DNA of 53,438 bases, the filler included, from Jimgerdemannia flammicorona (taxonomy: Eukaryota), in assembly GCA_003990765.1 (NCBI GenBank). It is 3 parts of 3 records of this genome, joined end to end, with 100 filler letters (N's around TTAATTAATTAA, not from the genome) between each part and the next. Parts side by side here need not be neighbours in the genome. Positions count along the whole stretch, not along the records: positions 1 to 17,747 come from RBNJ01002425.1; 2 more parts are not named here. The stretch is one strand, 5' to 3'. A program made the translations under genes and the position numbers. The notes under the pieces are model-generated. The model was not told the DNA's origin, did no database searches, and saw only the letters and a program-made list of their open reading frames with translations. Positions 1 to 12,070 of the stretch are shown here, piece after piece (positions within the stretch are counted from its first letter, which is position 1; the number at the start of each line of letters is the position of its first letter).

Positions 1-863
1 CTGGTTGTCCTAGGTCGCTCAGATTTGTGGAGCTGACAAAACTCTTGTTGAGAAGAGTAAAGAAGGCTTCAATAAGACCTTCTTCATCTTGACTTGCTGG
101 GTGTAGTGCAAGGAGTTCAGTGAATAGGGTTTCACCTATTTGCTAGTTTAACTTGAGTACTTCTTTCTTTGAATGAAGTTTATCCCACTTGTTGCAGGTG
201 TGGAGGTCAAATTGTCCTTGTATGTCAGGTTCAATTCTCTCCAGATTGTCAGATGGTTCAGGATAAATTCCAGTTCAGAGATTGGGCTTTACACCAACTT
301 GTAGGAATTCGTAGAAGGGTTTGTAGCAGGGTGAGGAAGCGTCTTAAAGTGGAATTGGATTGTAAACCACTGCTACTAAGTTGTAAGAGGGTTGCTTTTT
401 TAGGGTAACCATTACGTAGTTCTAGAAAGGTTTTCTGGATATTCTGGATGTTCTGGAAGACCGTTTTCTTATGGTCAAGATCAATTTCATATGGAGTACA
501 TCCTCTATGCTTATTGATTTCAAGATTGGGTTGACGTCTCAACCAAAGTCCTTTTTCGGACTAGTTCTGGATGTTCAGGATTTTCCATATTTCAGGAAGT
601 TCAAGAAACTAAGACCAGCTTAGTTGAATTGGCGTATCGCTGCAGACAATACCCAATTAGGAAATTTCGTGACAGGGTTAGGAGTAGGACCTAACAGAGA
701 GCGGATTTACTTAAGAGTGGTTTGTGGGTTATGGAATAGGTTTATTTGCTATTCATGATATTGCTATACTAGGAGTATTTGTGTGAAGGGATATTGTGGG
801 GAAGTGCTCAGGAGTTGTGTTCGGATTGTTCAAGTCTGAGATTCTGAGGTCTGGGAGAGGGGG

Positions 864-871
864 TATTTATA
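864..871 (-). promoter_or_regulatory. Probable LTR TATA box (TATAAATA followed by a C-run)
   Basis: Present in all five GypA LTRs (e.g. 26223-26230) and as TATAAATACCCCCC in the GypB LTR (39788). Confidence 0.65.
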
Positions 872-1060
872 CTAGTGAGGGGCTATCTGGACTAGGCTAG
901 ATATGGATGTAGCACTAAGTGCTTTACTGAGTCGGAATGTAGTCACGTAGTACAAGTGTGATCTGACATGTCAAGAGATTGTCTGACTGCTGAGTCAGTT
1001 CACAGTCATATCATACAAGGCTAATCTATCTATACTATGACTGCTAGACTATTTATAGGT

Positions 1061-2293
1061 TTAGGCGCTGTCTGGGTAGTCCTCGATGATATCACCATCG
1101 ATTGTATCATCTCTGATGAAGTAGTCGTCTAGGAATAATGGTTTGCGGATTACTTCTCCTTGTTGGCTGAGGTAGTAATACATTGGAACTTCATCTCTGT
1201 CCCACAGGATAGCATCATCTGTTTCGTATACTGGATAAGGTGTTAGTGGGTGAAGGATGGGTGTATTGTCTTCGCTTTCATCGGATTCACTGTCTGTGTA
1301 CCTTCTATAGGTTACAGCACTATGAGTCACAGAGTTGTAGTAAGCTGGTGGCTATGGTTCATGTCGCTCGTACTCAGGTGGTGGGGTTGTTGGTTCGGTC
1401 TCTAGGGTTGTCTGAAGGTACAGGTTGTGTTCTCCAGTCTCTTCATTATAATTGAAGTAATCGGGGGTAAATGCGGGTTGGTATTTGTGCCAGTGGTCAT
1501 TGTCTCAATAAGTCTTGTATGTAGTTATGAACTGTTGTAAGTTCATCGGCAAGGTTGGCGGAGTGATCAGGGTTGGCAGAGATCCTTGGCTAGAGGTCAT
1601 GTCGGCATCAGAGGGATCATTGTCTTCTACTTCGTCTTCGTCAAAGTGGATTATATCATAGATATCCTTCATGGTGTATCCGACTTGAGGCATTTGCAGG
1701 ATATGGTCATCAGGGTGCAAGAAGGTTCTGTCTGTGGTCTGGACATATTCGAGGTACTTGCAGTTGAGTTCTTGTATCATATCATCGATTTGGCCATAGG
1801 ACAGGGTAGCAACCATTTCGCTGGTAGTGACTCAGAGGTGGGGAATAAAGGTGTTGTACTCATAGAAGAGTTCTTGATGTTTGCGGGTGATGAGCTTCTA
1901 GTGTTGAGACATCTGGGTAATATCTGTATCATGGTGGTGTTCAACCATGTCTTCCAGGAGGTGGCCGATCTGGTAGTAGCTTGAGATTTGTCCGATTCGG
2001 TGGGCCTCACTAAGCATGTTCAGGGCATTCCATCGGGCTTCCACAAAGTAAAGGGGTGCCAGGCTATGGATATTCATGAGGGGCAGAGGGGGTGTGGCTC
2101 GGTTGACAATGGCATTCCAAATGTCAGTGCAGATGCGGTTGTAGATCTCAGTGGTCATGTTTGTGTATTTGGAAGTTATGGTTGTTGTTTGTTTTAGTTC
2201 TCTGATTCGACGCGTCTCAGTACTCGGTATATATGCATTTAGTCCTGATTGGTAAGATTCTGTTTGTGTAAATCTTGTGTTCCGTGACTTCAT
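1061..2293 (-). pseudogene. LTR U3-encoded ORF of unknown function (410-codon consensus, acidic), copy 1 with four point-mutation stops
   Basis: ORF-track pieces 1898-2380, 1505-1816 and 1061-1330 share one frame. It runs MKSRN...MTTEIYN...YPDSA*. Confidence 0.8.
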
Positions 2294-2447
2294 ATTGACC
2301 CAGCTTTGTGTGCTGTGACTTTGGTTTGACTTAGCTTCATGATCAAGCAGGTGATTTCCAGATTTGTTCGGAGGTCGCATGTGATTTCAGTGGCTTTGTT
2401 CAGAGGGTGACGTGTAATTTTGGTGGCTTGGAGGTTGTGTGCTTACA

Positions 2448-2925
2448 TATGAGATATACAGTCACAGAGTATGCATTTTACCCCAAGAGAGCTGCTTTTT
2501 AGAGAAGAAGATTCTGATGGAACCTCAGCCACAAATCTAGACCTAACTTGGAGATGGGTTGATGCAGAAATCTGGAGACTACACCAAATCAGGAAGAAGG
2601 CTGAAGATTATATCACCAAGTTACAAGCGCTGATAAGAAAGAATGCGATAAAGAATTACAAGGCCCTAGAACCCATCTAAATCAGAGAAAAGGTTCTACT
2701 GTATTGAAATATGATAGAAGCCTCATGGTTGTGAAAACTGGAGCCCAAATGGGAAGGACCCTTCTATATATAAGATATCAAGGGAACTACCTTCTGGCTT
2801 AGAAAAATTTCAGGGACCATACTATCTACTACAGTATATAGGAACAGGCTCAAGAAGTACCACGAACCTATACAAGAAAAGCAAAATATGATGACTGCCC
2901 ATGAGGTTCTAGTCCGTGAATCATA
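2448..2925 (+). pseudogene. pol: Gypsy integrase C-terminus (GPY/F region, no chromodomain)
   Basis: ORF 2471-2680 continues through stops to EKVLLY...KLEPKWEGPFYI...VYRNRLKKY. Confidence 0.75.
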
Positions 2926-3850
2926 ACAGCATGTCTCGTGACCAGCAAGCTATCTGTCTGGACCATTCTCTAAGGGATACAACACTGGCAACTACTCATC
3001 TGTAAGACTTTCGAAGTTAGAGGAGTTCAAACCATCAACTGATTGGTCAAGATCAGAATTAGGTTCTTGCTCTATATGAAGGGAGTGACCCTTCACCATC
3101 ATGCCAAAATATAAAGGGAAGACGCCAGCCCATAAATACCACTTTTTGACCCCTTGCCAGAGGTTATGGGATCAGCAAATTTTTCAGGATGGACCAATGA
3201 ATAAGGATGCTTGAGAAGATCCTTATTCAGGAGAAAGATATAATGGTGACCCCAGAATAATGACATCAGCACAAGAGACAGCCTTTCCTTACAAGCCACC
3301 AGATCAAAGTATAAGAAGATCATATAGTATATGAGATGAGCAATGATGACCAACTGTGAGCCATTGTGACCACAGTACAAGCATTCTGAAGAATATAAAA
3401 GAAGGATCAAGAAACTGCAGTAGCAGCAACTAATAAGAACCACTAATCCCAAAATAGCTCAAAGACTTACTACAAATGAAATGCCTGCTGCCCACCAAAC
3501 CTCAAGGTCAAGAAATCACCAAGATATCTCAGTTGAGAAAAGGATGTTCCAAGACATCAGAAGAGCCATGGAGACCTACTCAAGAAGAACTCCTAGTATC
3601 AACCTGAGTACTGCAGACCCTTATTACTTCATTCTCTACTGCTGTGAAATGGAAACAAGGATCACCATTGCTACCAAATGCCTCCAAATGTAGCAGGAGT
3701 ATGAAATAGGAAACCTCCTCTGCCAGGAGTTCCTACAGGCCAGCACCCAAGAGCTACAAGATACCACTTCCATAGATATACATATGTGAAATGAGAACAG
3801 CTAAGAAGATCCATCAGATCTTCAGACATACATTATAGTCGATCCCCAAC

Positions 3851-4306
3851 TTGGAGTATGTCAGAGTCTCAGACTTCAGAGACCTGTCATCCTGCTATAT
3901 CAATGCACTAGAAGCCAGGGTGGCTACAGAAGCCCAGTCTACTATCACCCTCAACAGTAAAGAAGTAGAAGACTTCTGGCATCCTATCCTTCAGGACAAC
4001 CCAGACCAATTCCTGCAAGGATTGATCTCAGTATTCCAAGGCCCAAGCATCCAGGTTAGACCTCCCCAAGACCCCACATTTGTTTCCTATTTTGTGGAAG
4101 AGAACTTCATAGACTGGAGAGCTCCAGATCTCCTTGTTCCTGATTTCCCTGCCACAGCCAAATGTGATAATGTCATTGGCGATGACATCATCCCATGCAA
4201 CATTGAAGTATATGAAATATGCAACCTGTATAACAAATTCATAGATCTCATCTCCTTCAGTGATGATGATGATGAAGCCCCTATGATCCTGAACTTTCTG
4301 CTCTAA
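3851..4306 (+). CDS. Hypothetical protein (151 aa, acidic tail), last part of a degenerate accessory region downstream of GypC integrase
   Basis: Open frame with protein-like composition between integrase and the putative LTR. The true start is probably further upstream. Confidence 0.45.
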   Translation: MEYVRVSDFRDLSSCYINALEARVATEAQSTITLNSKEVEDFWHPILQDNPDQFLQGLISVFQGPSIQVRPPQDPTFVSYFVEENFIDWRAPDLLVPDFPATAKCDNVIGDDIIPCNIEVYEICNLYNKFIDLISFSDDDDEAPMILNFLL

Positions 4307-4314
4307 AAGTTCTT

Positions 4315-4823
4315 TGTTACACTGGATAATGCCAGCACCGGTATTCTCATGTAATACTGGATAATGCCAGCACTGGTATTCTTATATATCACTGGATAAT
4401 ACCAGTACTGGTATTCTGAGGTGATGTGAAATTGTTCCAGCACTGGCATTTTGATGTGATACTAAATAATGCCAGCATCCTGAACCTGTACAACCATCAG
4501 TACTAGCCCTGGTACTTAGTAGTTTTAGTTATTGGAATTTATATTTAGCTTTATATCTTAGCAACCATTGAATTATATTTTGTATAAATATCTCTCTTAT
4601 TTCCTCTGAAATAAAGTCAGTTTCTCTCAGTGCAATATATATACTTCCTTGCAAGCAATCTAAGAGATAACAAGACAGTTTAAAGATAAGAAGTTTGAGG
4701 ACTATAAGACCTTGGGAAGGCACTCTAATAAGAACTTGCTTATAACAAACTTAAGTTAGTCTAAGAGATATACCTTGAAGAGAATCTGGCGTATTTGAAG
4801 GACTCAGTGACCACTACATAACA
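4315..4823 (+). repeat. Putative GypC 3' LTR (TGTTA...TAACA) starting with 35-bp tandem repeats
   Basis: 5-bp inverted termini. Units ACTGGATAATGCCAGCACYGGTATTCT start at 4321, 4356 and 4391, with decayed copies to about 4480. No clear PPT, so the left boundary is uncertain. Confidence 0.5.
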
Positions 4824-7800
4824 GTATCTATGATGGCTAATATTTCCTTCTCATGAGTTACATAGTTGATTTCAGCATCATTAAACTTATAGAAATGATA
4901 GGCCACAGGGTGTCCTTCTTGTATGAGCACTGCTCTAAGAGCTAGGTCAGAGGCATCAATAATGACTTCATATGATAGGGCAGGATTTGCTGCTTAAAGT
5001 ACTGGAGTGGTTATCAAGGTATCCTTCAGTATTTGAAAGGCTGTATCTTGTTCAGATTCTCAATTTATAAAATTGTTGAAGTCTTTCTCTTATTTCATGA
5101 TTCAGGGCTGTTCTTCTTTCTTATTATACTTGATTATTTGAGTAAGGGTAGTAGCAATTTTAGCAAAGTTAGTAACAAATTACCTATAATAGTTTGCTAA
5201 TCCCAGAAATGACTGGAGGTCTTTCAGCTTCTTGGGTCTGGACCAATTCTTGATTGCAGAAATTTTACTAGAGTTTATTTTGATTCTATTTGATATGACA
5301 ATGTGTCCAAGGAATTGAATTTCTTTCAGAAGGAATTTATATTTGCTGAGTTTCACAAAGAGTCAGTTTTCTTGAAGTTTCAATAGTACTAGTTCAAGGT
5401 ATTCAAGATATTTCTTCAGTGTTTTGCTGAAGACTAGGATGTCATTAATATAGATAACAATAAATTTGTCTAGGTATGGATACAAGATGGTATTCATCAG
5501 TGTCTGGAAGATTGCAGGAGCATTAGTTAAGCCAAAGAGCATAACTAGGAACTTGAAATATCTATAGCAGGTTTGAAAGGCTGTCTTGTAGATGTCTTCT
5601 TCTTTCATGGCAATTTACCAATAACTATTTTGTAGATCAAAAGAGCTCATAAATTGTGAGTTGGTAAGCCTATCAAATATTTTATTGATTTGGAGTAGTG
5701 GGCAATAGTTCTTGATGGTCTATTCATTGAGATCATAGTAGTCTATACACATTTGTAGGTCTCCTCCTTTCTTAATAATAAAGAGGACTAGTGCACTATA
5801 GGGTGATACACTGGGTCTGATGAATTCTTGTTCTAGGAGTTTGTCAATTTTCTTTTTAAGTATATTGATTTCTCTCAGAGACATGTGGTAGATTGACTTG
5901 AAGGCTGGCTTAGCATCTGGGATAGTTTTGATAGTATGGTCTACTGCTTGTTTAGGAGGTAGGCCTTTCAGGAGTTTCTTTAGAAATATGTCTCAGAATT
6001 TCTGGAGTAATGATCTGATATGACTATTAACTTTGGAAAAGTCTTCTTCAGCATTCTCAGGTTCTTCTTTGGATGGGCAGATGGAGATGGCAAAGAGAGG
6101 GCATTTCTTGGCCAATTTCTTGAACTATAGCTTGTTGATATAGGTGATCTTTGGTCCAGGATCACTGGAACTGAGTGAGTCTCTTTTGCCTTACAGTTTG
6201 AAGTTGTGGTATCCTTTCTTAATGATCAGAGAGTGGTTTACCCAATCGATCATAGGGTTTTCTTGCTTTAACCAGAGAGTTCCAAGGATAATTTCATTAT
6301 CAGAAAGTGGTAAAATCTGGAGGGTAACATGTACTCAGTAGTCAATAATTCAGAAGAACAGGTTGTAGACTTCTTTACTAATGATATGAGAAGTTCTATT
6401 AGCTGTAACAACTGCTTGAGTTTGTTGTACCAGAGATATCAGGACCTTGAGTCTGTTGGCTATTTCTTTATTGATGAAGTTGTCTGAGGTACCACTGTCT
6501 ATCATAATCTTGACAGGTGCTCAGTTGACAAAAGCTTGAAGTGTAAGCAGTTTGTCTAATCTAATGGTAGTGATTTCAGTTATAGGAGCTTTCCTTCTGT
6601 TAGTCCTTCTTTGAGCTAGTTCATTGATACAAGAGAAGTAATCATCAATCATTCAAGAAGAGTACATTCCAATACTATAGAGGCATCAGCCATTGGGTAT
6701 ATATCTGTCTTCAATTTTCTTATAGAATTGTTCTTTACTCATAGTAGGTTGGGCTGGGGCTTTGTTTGATGAGCTAAATCCTTTGGATCCTTGGATAGTG
6801 GGTAGTAATTCAGAGACTTTCTTGACTGTCAGAGTTGACTCAATTTTTTCAAATAGGATCTGGGTAATATAGAAATCAATGAGGATCTTGAAGAGTGTCC
6901 AATTATGGTTTTGGATAAGGATAATAATTTTACCTGTGTAATCTTCATCAATGACTCCTCCTTCTACTGAGAGTTCTTTTAATACTAGGCTGCTGTAACA
7001 GCATATTCTTCCAACATGTCTTTTAGAGATTTGGATACTGATTTCTATGTAGACTTGCTTGACTTATCAGTTGGAAACTGTAGCTTCTTCGGCTATATAC
7101 AGGTCATATCCAGCTGCCTTTTGACTTCCTTTGGTTGGAGCCTTGGCAGTTGGTCTTAACTTGACAAAGTCCAGTATTCTGATAGTCAGGTTATTGAGGT
7201 GGTGCAGAGTAGTAATAGTTGCTCATATTGCTGTTTGGGGTTTTTGATTGGGGCAGACACTGGCTATATGTTCTGTCATTTAGCAATAGAAGTATGCTCC
7301 ACTTCTTCAAAGTTCATTTCTTTCTCCTTCAGTGAGTTTCTTGAAGATACTTGGCTGGGTAGGTTTATAATTTCTGGGTGTCTATGAGATAGATATGGAG
7401 GGAGTTTGAGATACTTCATACTTGGGTTCTTCTTTCTTAGTCCAGGTTTTTTTCTTGTTGTTGAAAATTATCTTTAGGGCAGAATTGGTCCAGCTGTTAG
7501 AATTTACTTGACCATAGTCTTGATTCCTGCCAGGTACCATTATTGATGATTACAACTAACTGGGCATCCTTGTTCTCAGATTTTTCTTATAAGCCATTTG
7601 GGTAGTACATCAAATAGATGGTCTGCTCTTGTACCATTTCATGCTTCATCATTGGCAATATATCCTAGGCCAATGGTATTTAGAAGTGACTTGAGTTTTG
7701 TACAGAAGATTTTAAATTCCTCCTTACCATATACATCAAATTTGAGGTTGTAGAGTTTAACTTGAGATTCAGCAATTATGATTTTGCTATGATATTGTGC

Positions 7801-8241
7801 AATCATAAGTTGTTTGAGTCCAGGGGCTGCAGGATGGGCTCTATATCCTGAAGTATTATTTGTTGTATTCTGGACAATTACTGCAGATCAGGTATCTTAT
7901 GTGAGGGGTTTTTCAGAAAGAGTTCCCCACCATTCTTCAGCAGGTCCTCGGAAGAATATAACAACTCAATAGATATAGGCCATAGTAGTAGCAAAGAGTT
8001 GTTCCAGAGTGTGGTCTTGATTGTTTGTCAGGAGATGATCAGCAACTTACTCATTGGTCCATTGGTTGGTTTTAAAGTTAGTGTCAACTATACTAATGAA
8101 GCTTTAGACTTCTTGTACAGTTCCATTGAAGGTAGGTAGGCTCAGATTTTTGGTTGGTCAGTTCTGTTTGGCCAAGGCAGTAATGGTTGCTGCCATTATG
8201 ACTACTTGGGCTGTAAGGTCTAGAATCTGTTGATTTGCTAT
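4824..8241 (-). pseudogene. pol: gag-dUTPase-pol remnant of GypA copy 2
   Basis: AGYDL/GGVIDEDYTG/GFSSS dUTPase motifs (about 6765-7180), IDSGT protease, KTAFQT...FGLTNAP...YINDILVFS RT (5363-5608), DASD RNase H. Confidence 0.85.
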
Positions 8242-9224
8242 ATTATTTACTAGAGGTGATTGGACTACTGGTAGTGGTGTTATTAGTACTACTTGAGATA
8301 CTGGTGCAGAGTGTAATGGTGTTCTTTGAGTCTATATAAGTTGCTGGAGTAGTATTTGTGGGTCTGAAGTAAGGGCTTGATAGATAGCTATCTGTTGCTG
8401 TATAGGTGTGTTCTATCCTGATAGAGGTATATCTCCTTCAGTAGTATATCCAGAATTGAATTTACTGAGATACTCCTTCTCTTCTTTAGCTTGGTCTCTG
8501 TGTAGTTGGGTTTGCTTGGCATCAAAGTAGACAGAATCAGTTGTATATCTGATTTCAGAAGGACTTAATTCAAAGTTAAGTTCTGGTTCAGTATTAGTTT
8601 CAGGGTCAGATAGGGCTGTAGCTGGGCCTGCCTCTAGTTCAGAGTCAGATAGCTGGACCTGTCTCTGGTTCAGGGTCAGATTGCTGATGAAGAGTTTCTC
8701 TTACTTCTTTCTTAAGAATATAGCAGGCCTTGCTGTTCTAGAAGTGGTAGTATAATGTAGTCTTGGTTCTGGTGCAGTAAAAGTTGGTAGAGTTGAGCTA
8801 CTTGGCTATAGAGACTTAGGCTTTATGAGGAACTAAGGCTAGAAAGACTGCTGCTGGTTATTCTAGATTGCTCAGATTTGTGAAGCTGACAAAACTCTTG
8901 TTGAGAAGAGTAAAGAAGGCTTTGATAAGACCTTCTTCATCTTGATTTACTAGATATAGAACAAGGAGTTCAGTGTATAAGGTTTCACTTATCTGCTGAT
9001 TTAATTGGAGTACTTCTTTCTTTGAATGAAGTATGTCCCAATTGTTATAGGTATGAAGGTCAAATTGTCAGGTTCAATTCTCTCCAGATTATCTGATGGT
9101 TCAGGATAAATTCCAGTTTAGAGGTTGGGCTTTATACCAACTTATAGGAATTCTTAGAGGTATTTGTAGCAGAGTGAGGAAGTGTCTTAAAGCAGAATTG
9201 GATTGTAAACTGCTGCTATCAAGA

Positions 9225-11103
9225 TATAAGAGGATTACTTATTAGGGTAACCATTATGTAGTTCTGGAAGAGTTTTTTGGAAGTTCTAGATATTCTGGAA
9301 GACTGTTTTCTTAAGGTCAAGATCAATTTCATATAGAGTATATTCTCTATACTTATTGATTTCAAGATTGGGTTGATGTCTCAACTAAAGTTCTTTTTCA
9401 GACTAGTTCAGAATATTCAGGATTTTCTATATTTCAGAAAGTTCAAGAAACTAAGACCAGCTTAGTTGAATTAGCATATTGCTACAGATAATATCTAATT
9501 AGGAATTTTTGTGATAGAGTTAGAAGTGGGACCTAATAGAGAGCAGATTTACTTAAGAGTAGTTTGTTGATTATTAAATAGATTTATTTACTATTCATGA
9601 TATTGCTATATTAGGAGTAGTTGTATGAAGGGATATTGTGGGAAAGTATTCAGGAATATTCTTATATATTTGAGTCTGAGATTCTGAGGTCTGGGGGAGG
9701 GGGTATTTATACTAGTGAGGAGTTATCTGGACTATGCTGAATATAGATATAGTACTTAGTGCCTTGCTGAGTCAGAATACAGTTACATAGTATAAGTGTG
9801 ATCTGATATATCAAGAGATTGTCTGACTACTAAGTCAGTTTACAGTCATGTTGTATAAGGCTAATCTAACTATACTATGACTGCTAAGCTATCTATAGAT
9901 TTAAATGCTATCTGGGTAGTCTTTGATGATATCACCATTGATAGTATCATCTCTGATGAAGTAGTCATCTAAGAAGAGTTGTTTGTGGATTAATTCTCTC
10001 TGTTTGCTGAGGTAATAATACATTAGGACTTTATCACCATCCTACAGAATAGCATCATCTGTCTCATATGCTGGGTAAGGTATTAGTGGGTAGAGAAGGA
10101 GTGTATCATCTTCACTTTTATTGAATTCACTGTCAGTATACCTTCTATAGATAATGGTACTATGAGTTGTAGGGTTATAGTATGCTGGCAGTTATACTTT
10201 ATATCACTTATACTCAGGTAGTGGGGTTGTTGGTTCAATCTTGAGAGTTGTCTGAAGATATAGGTTGTATTCTCTTGTCTCTTCATTGTAGTTAAAGTAA
10301 TCAGGAGTAAATGTAGGTTGATACTCATACCAGTGGTCATTATTCCAATAGATCTCATAGATAGTTACAAACTGTTGTAAGTTCATTGGTAAGACTAGTG
10401 AGATAATCAGGATTGGTAGGGATTCTTGACTTGAGATTATGTCAGTATCAGAGAGATTGTTGTCTTCTGCTTTATCATCATTAAACCATTTGTAGGATAT
10501 GGTCATCAGGGTGCAAAAAGGTTCTGTCTATGGTCTGAATATACTCAATATACTTGTGGTTGAGTTCTTGTATCATGTTATTGATTTGGCCATAGGATAG
10601 AGTGGCAACCATTTTGGCAGTAGTAATACATATAGAGGTGAGGAATAAAGATGTTGTACTTGTAGAAGAGTTCTCAATATTTGCAGGCAATGAGTTTCTA
10701 GTGTTGAGACATCTGAGTAATGTCTATATCATGGTGGTGTTTGACCATATCTTCTAAGAGGTGGTCAATTTGGTAGTAGCTTGAGATTTGTCTGATTCAA
10801 TAGACCTCACTAAGCATGTTCAGGGTATTCCATCAGACTTCTATGAAGTAGAGGAGTACTAGGCTATAGATATTTATGAGGGGTAGAGGGAGTGTGGCTC
10901 AGTTAACAATAATATTCCAAATGTCAGTATGGATGTAGTTGTAGATCTCTGTGGTCATATTTGTATATATTTAGGATTTGGGGTTGTTTATTTTGGTTCT
11001 CTGTTTCAACATATCTTAGTGCTTAGTATATATGCATTTAGTCCTGATTGGTAAGATTCTGTTTATATAAATCTTATGTTTCATGACTTCATATTGACTC
11101 AGC
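9225..11103 (-). repeat. GypA 5' LTR of copy 2, truncated; contains a frameshifted U3 ORF copy (9901-11092)
   Basis: Homologous to 382-2300, with an internal deletion near 10485. A degenerate PBS lies at about 9210-9221. Confidence 0.85.
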
Positions 11104-12070
11104 TGGTACTCTCAAATGAATTGAATCAATTCAAATCAAATTAAATTGAGGGTGATTTAAATCAAATCAAATTGAGGATTTTTCAATTTGAATTGAGTTC
11201 AAATCGAATTGAGATCTGATTTGAAATGTTCAAATCGAATTGTAGTCCAATTCAATTCGAAAAAAAATTAGGTTTGTAATTGTTGTTAGCATATGATTTA
11301 TTTATTATTCATATATATACATATACAGTACTTGTGACATATTCCACTCACCCAACACATTCAGCACTTACAATACTCAGTATGCAGTATGTCTGGCCAT
11401 AGTAGCCAACTGACAGGAATTGTTATAAGGCCTTTTTCTCAAAGGTAGATCAGAAGTCAATGGGTTCAACTTCTGGCAAACTTTAGGGAGGGTACTACAA
11501 GTCTTTCCATATCTTCTGCAATTATAACAACTGATCCAAGGATGGTCTCTTAGCTTTGGAAGGGGCTGGAGTAATGACTGGGGCTGGGGTGATGATGACT
11601 GGGGCTGGGGGGACTGGGGTGATGACTGGGGCTAGGGTGATGACCAGGGCTGGGGCAATGACTAGAGCTAGGGTGATGACTGGGGCTGGGGCGACAACTG
11701 GGGCTAAAGGGGCTGGGGTGACAATTGGGGCTAGGGGGGCTGAGGCAGCAGGAAGTATTGGGGCAATAGCTAAAAAGAATTGCTCAATTACTTTAGTAAG
11801 TATTTTCTTCTTTTTTCTATGTTCTTCTTGAGTAACATAGATTCCATCAGTCACTGCCCAAGTATATATCTTATCAATGGTATAGTTCATGTTTTCAAAA
11901 TGATTTGAGAGGTAGTTGAGATAAGTTTGAATATACATTTTGTTTTTATTTTTATTAAAGATGGCAGCTTAGACAGCTTATTATACATTTTTAATACTAG
12001 GCCAACAAGTGATCCCTGAGAGCTTCATAAGCAAGCCCCAAGCTTTGAATATGGCTTATAATATTCAAAG
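11104..12070. mobile_element. One end of a hAT-like TIR element with AATCGAATT-type subterminal repeats and a repeat-rich gene remnant
   Basis: Begins TGGTACTCTCAAATGAAT, a decayed match to the TAGTGCTC..AACGAATC termini at 34503, 50626 and 51188. Interrupted at 12071 by GypA copy 3. Confidence 0.55.
11340..11938 (-). pseudogene. Unknown gene with Pro/Ala-rich PAPVIT repeats inside the TIR element
   Basis: ORF 11522-11938 continues through stops to LQKIWKD...VGYYGQT. Similar C-terminal sequence occurs at about 34830-34990. Confidence 0.5.

Larger units (their letters stand above)
1..2447 (-). mobile_element. Ty3/Gypsy chromovirus family GypA, copy 1: 5' LTR, PBS and leader; continues off the contig start
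   Basis: Near-identical to 25364-27805. Minus strand reads TGTAAG...CTTACA, then ACT and a degenerate PBS TAGTAGCAGTGG (about 367-378). Confidence 0.9.
382..2447 (-). repeat. GypA LTR (2066 bp), 5' LTR of copy 1
   Basis: Inverted termini TGTAAG/CTTACA. The same boundaries occur at 12071-14134 and 25744-27805. No PPT lies outside 2447. Confidence 0.92.
2448..4823 (+). mobile_element. 3' part of a distinct Ty3/Gypsy element (GypC), inserted in GypA copy 2 and interrupted by GypA copy 1
   Basis: Integrase C-terminal motif KLEPKWEGPFYI...NRLKKY. It ends at TAACA (4823), where GypA RNase H sequence resumes. Confidence 0.7.
4824..11103 (-). mobile_element. GypA copy 2 (most degraded): truncated 5' LTR, gag, dUTPase, PR, RT and part of RNase H
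   Basis: Colinear with about 21369-27660, with more C>T/G>A changes. Cut at 4824 by GypC and at 11103 by a TIR element. Confidence 0.9.

Noticed and set aside
1586..1984. Recurrent 132-aa plus-strand ORF in the LTRs (also 13274-13672 and 26945-27343)
   Set aside because: It is an antisense shadow of the U3 ORF, starts at TTG, and its recurrence only reflects LTR copy number.
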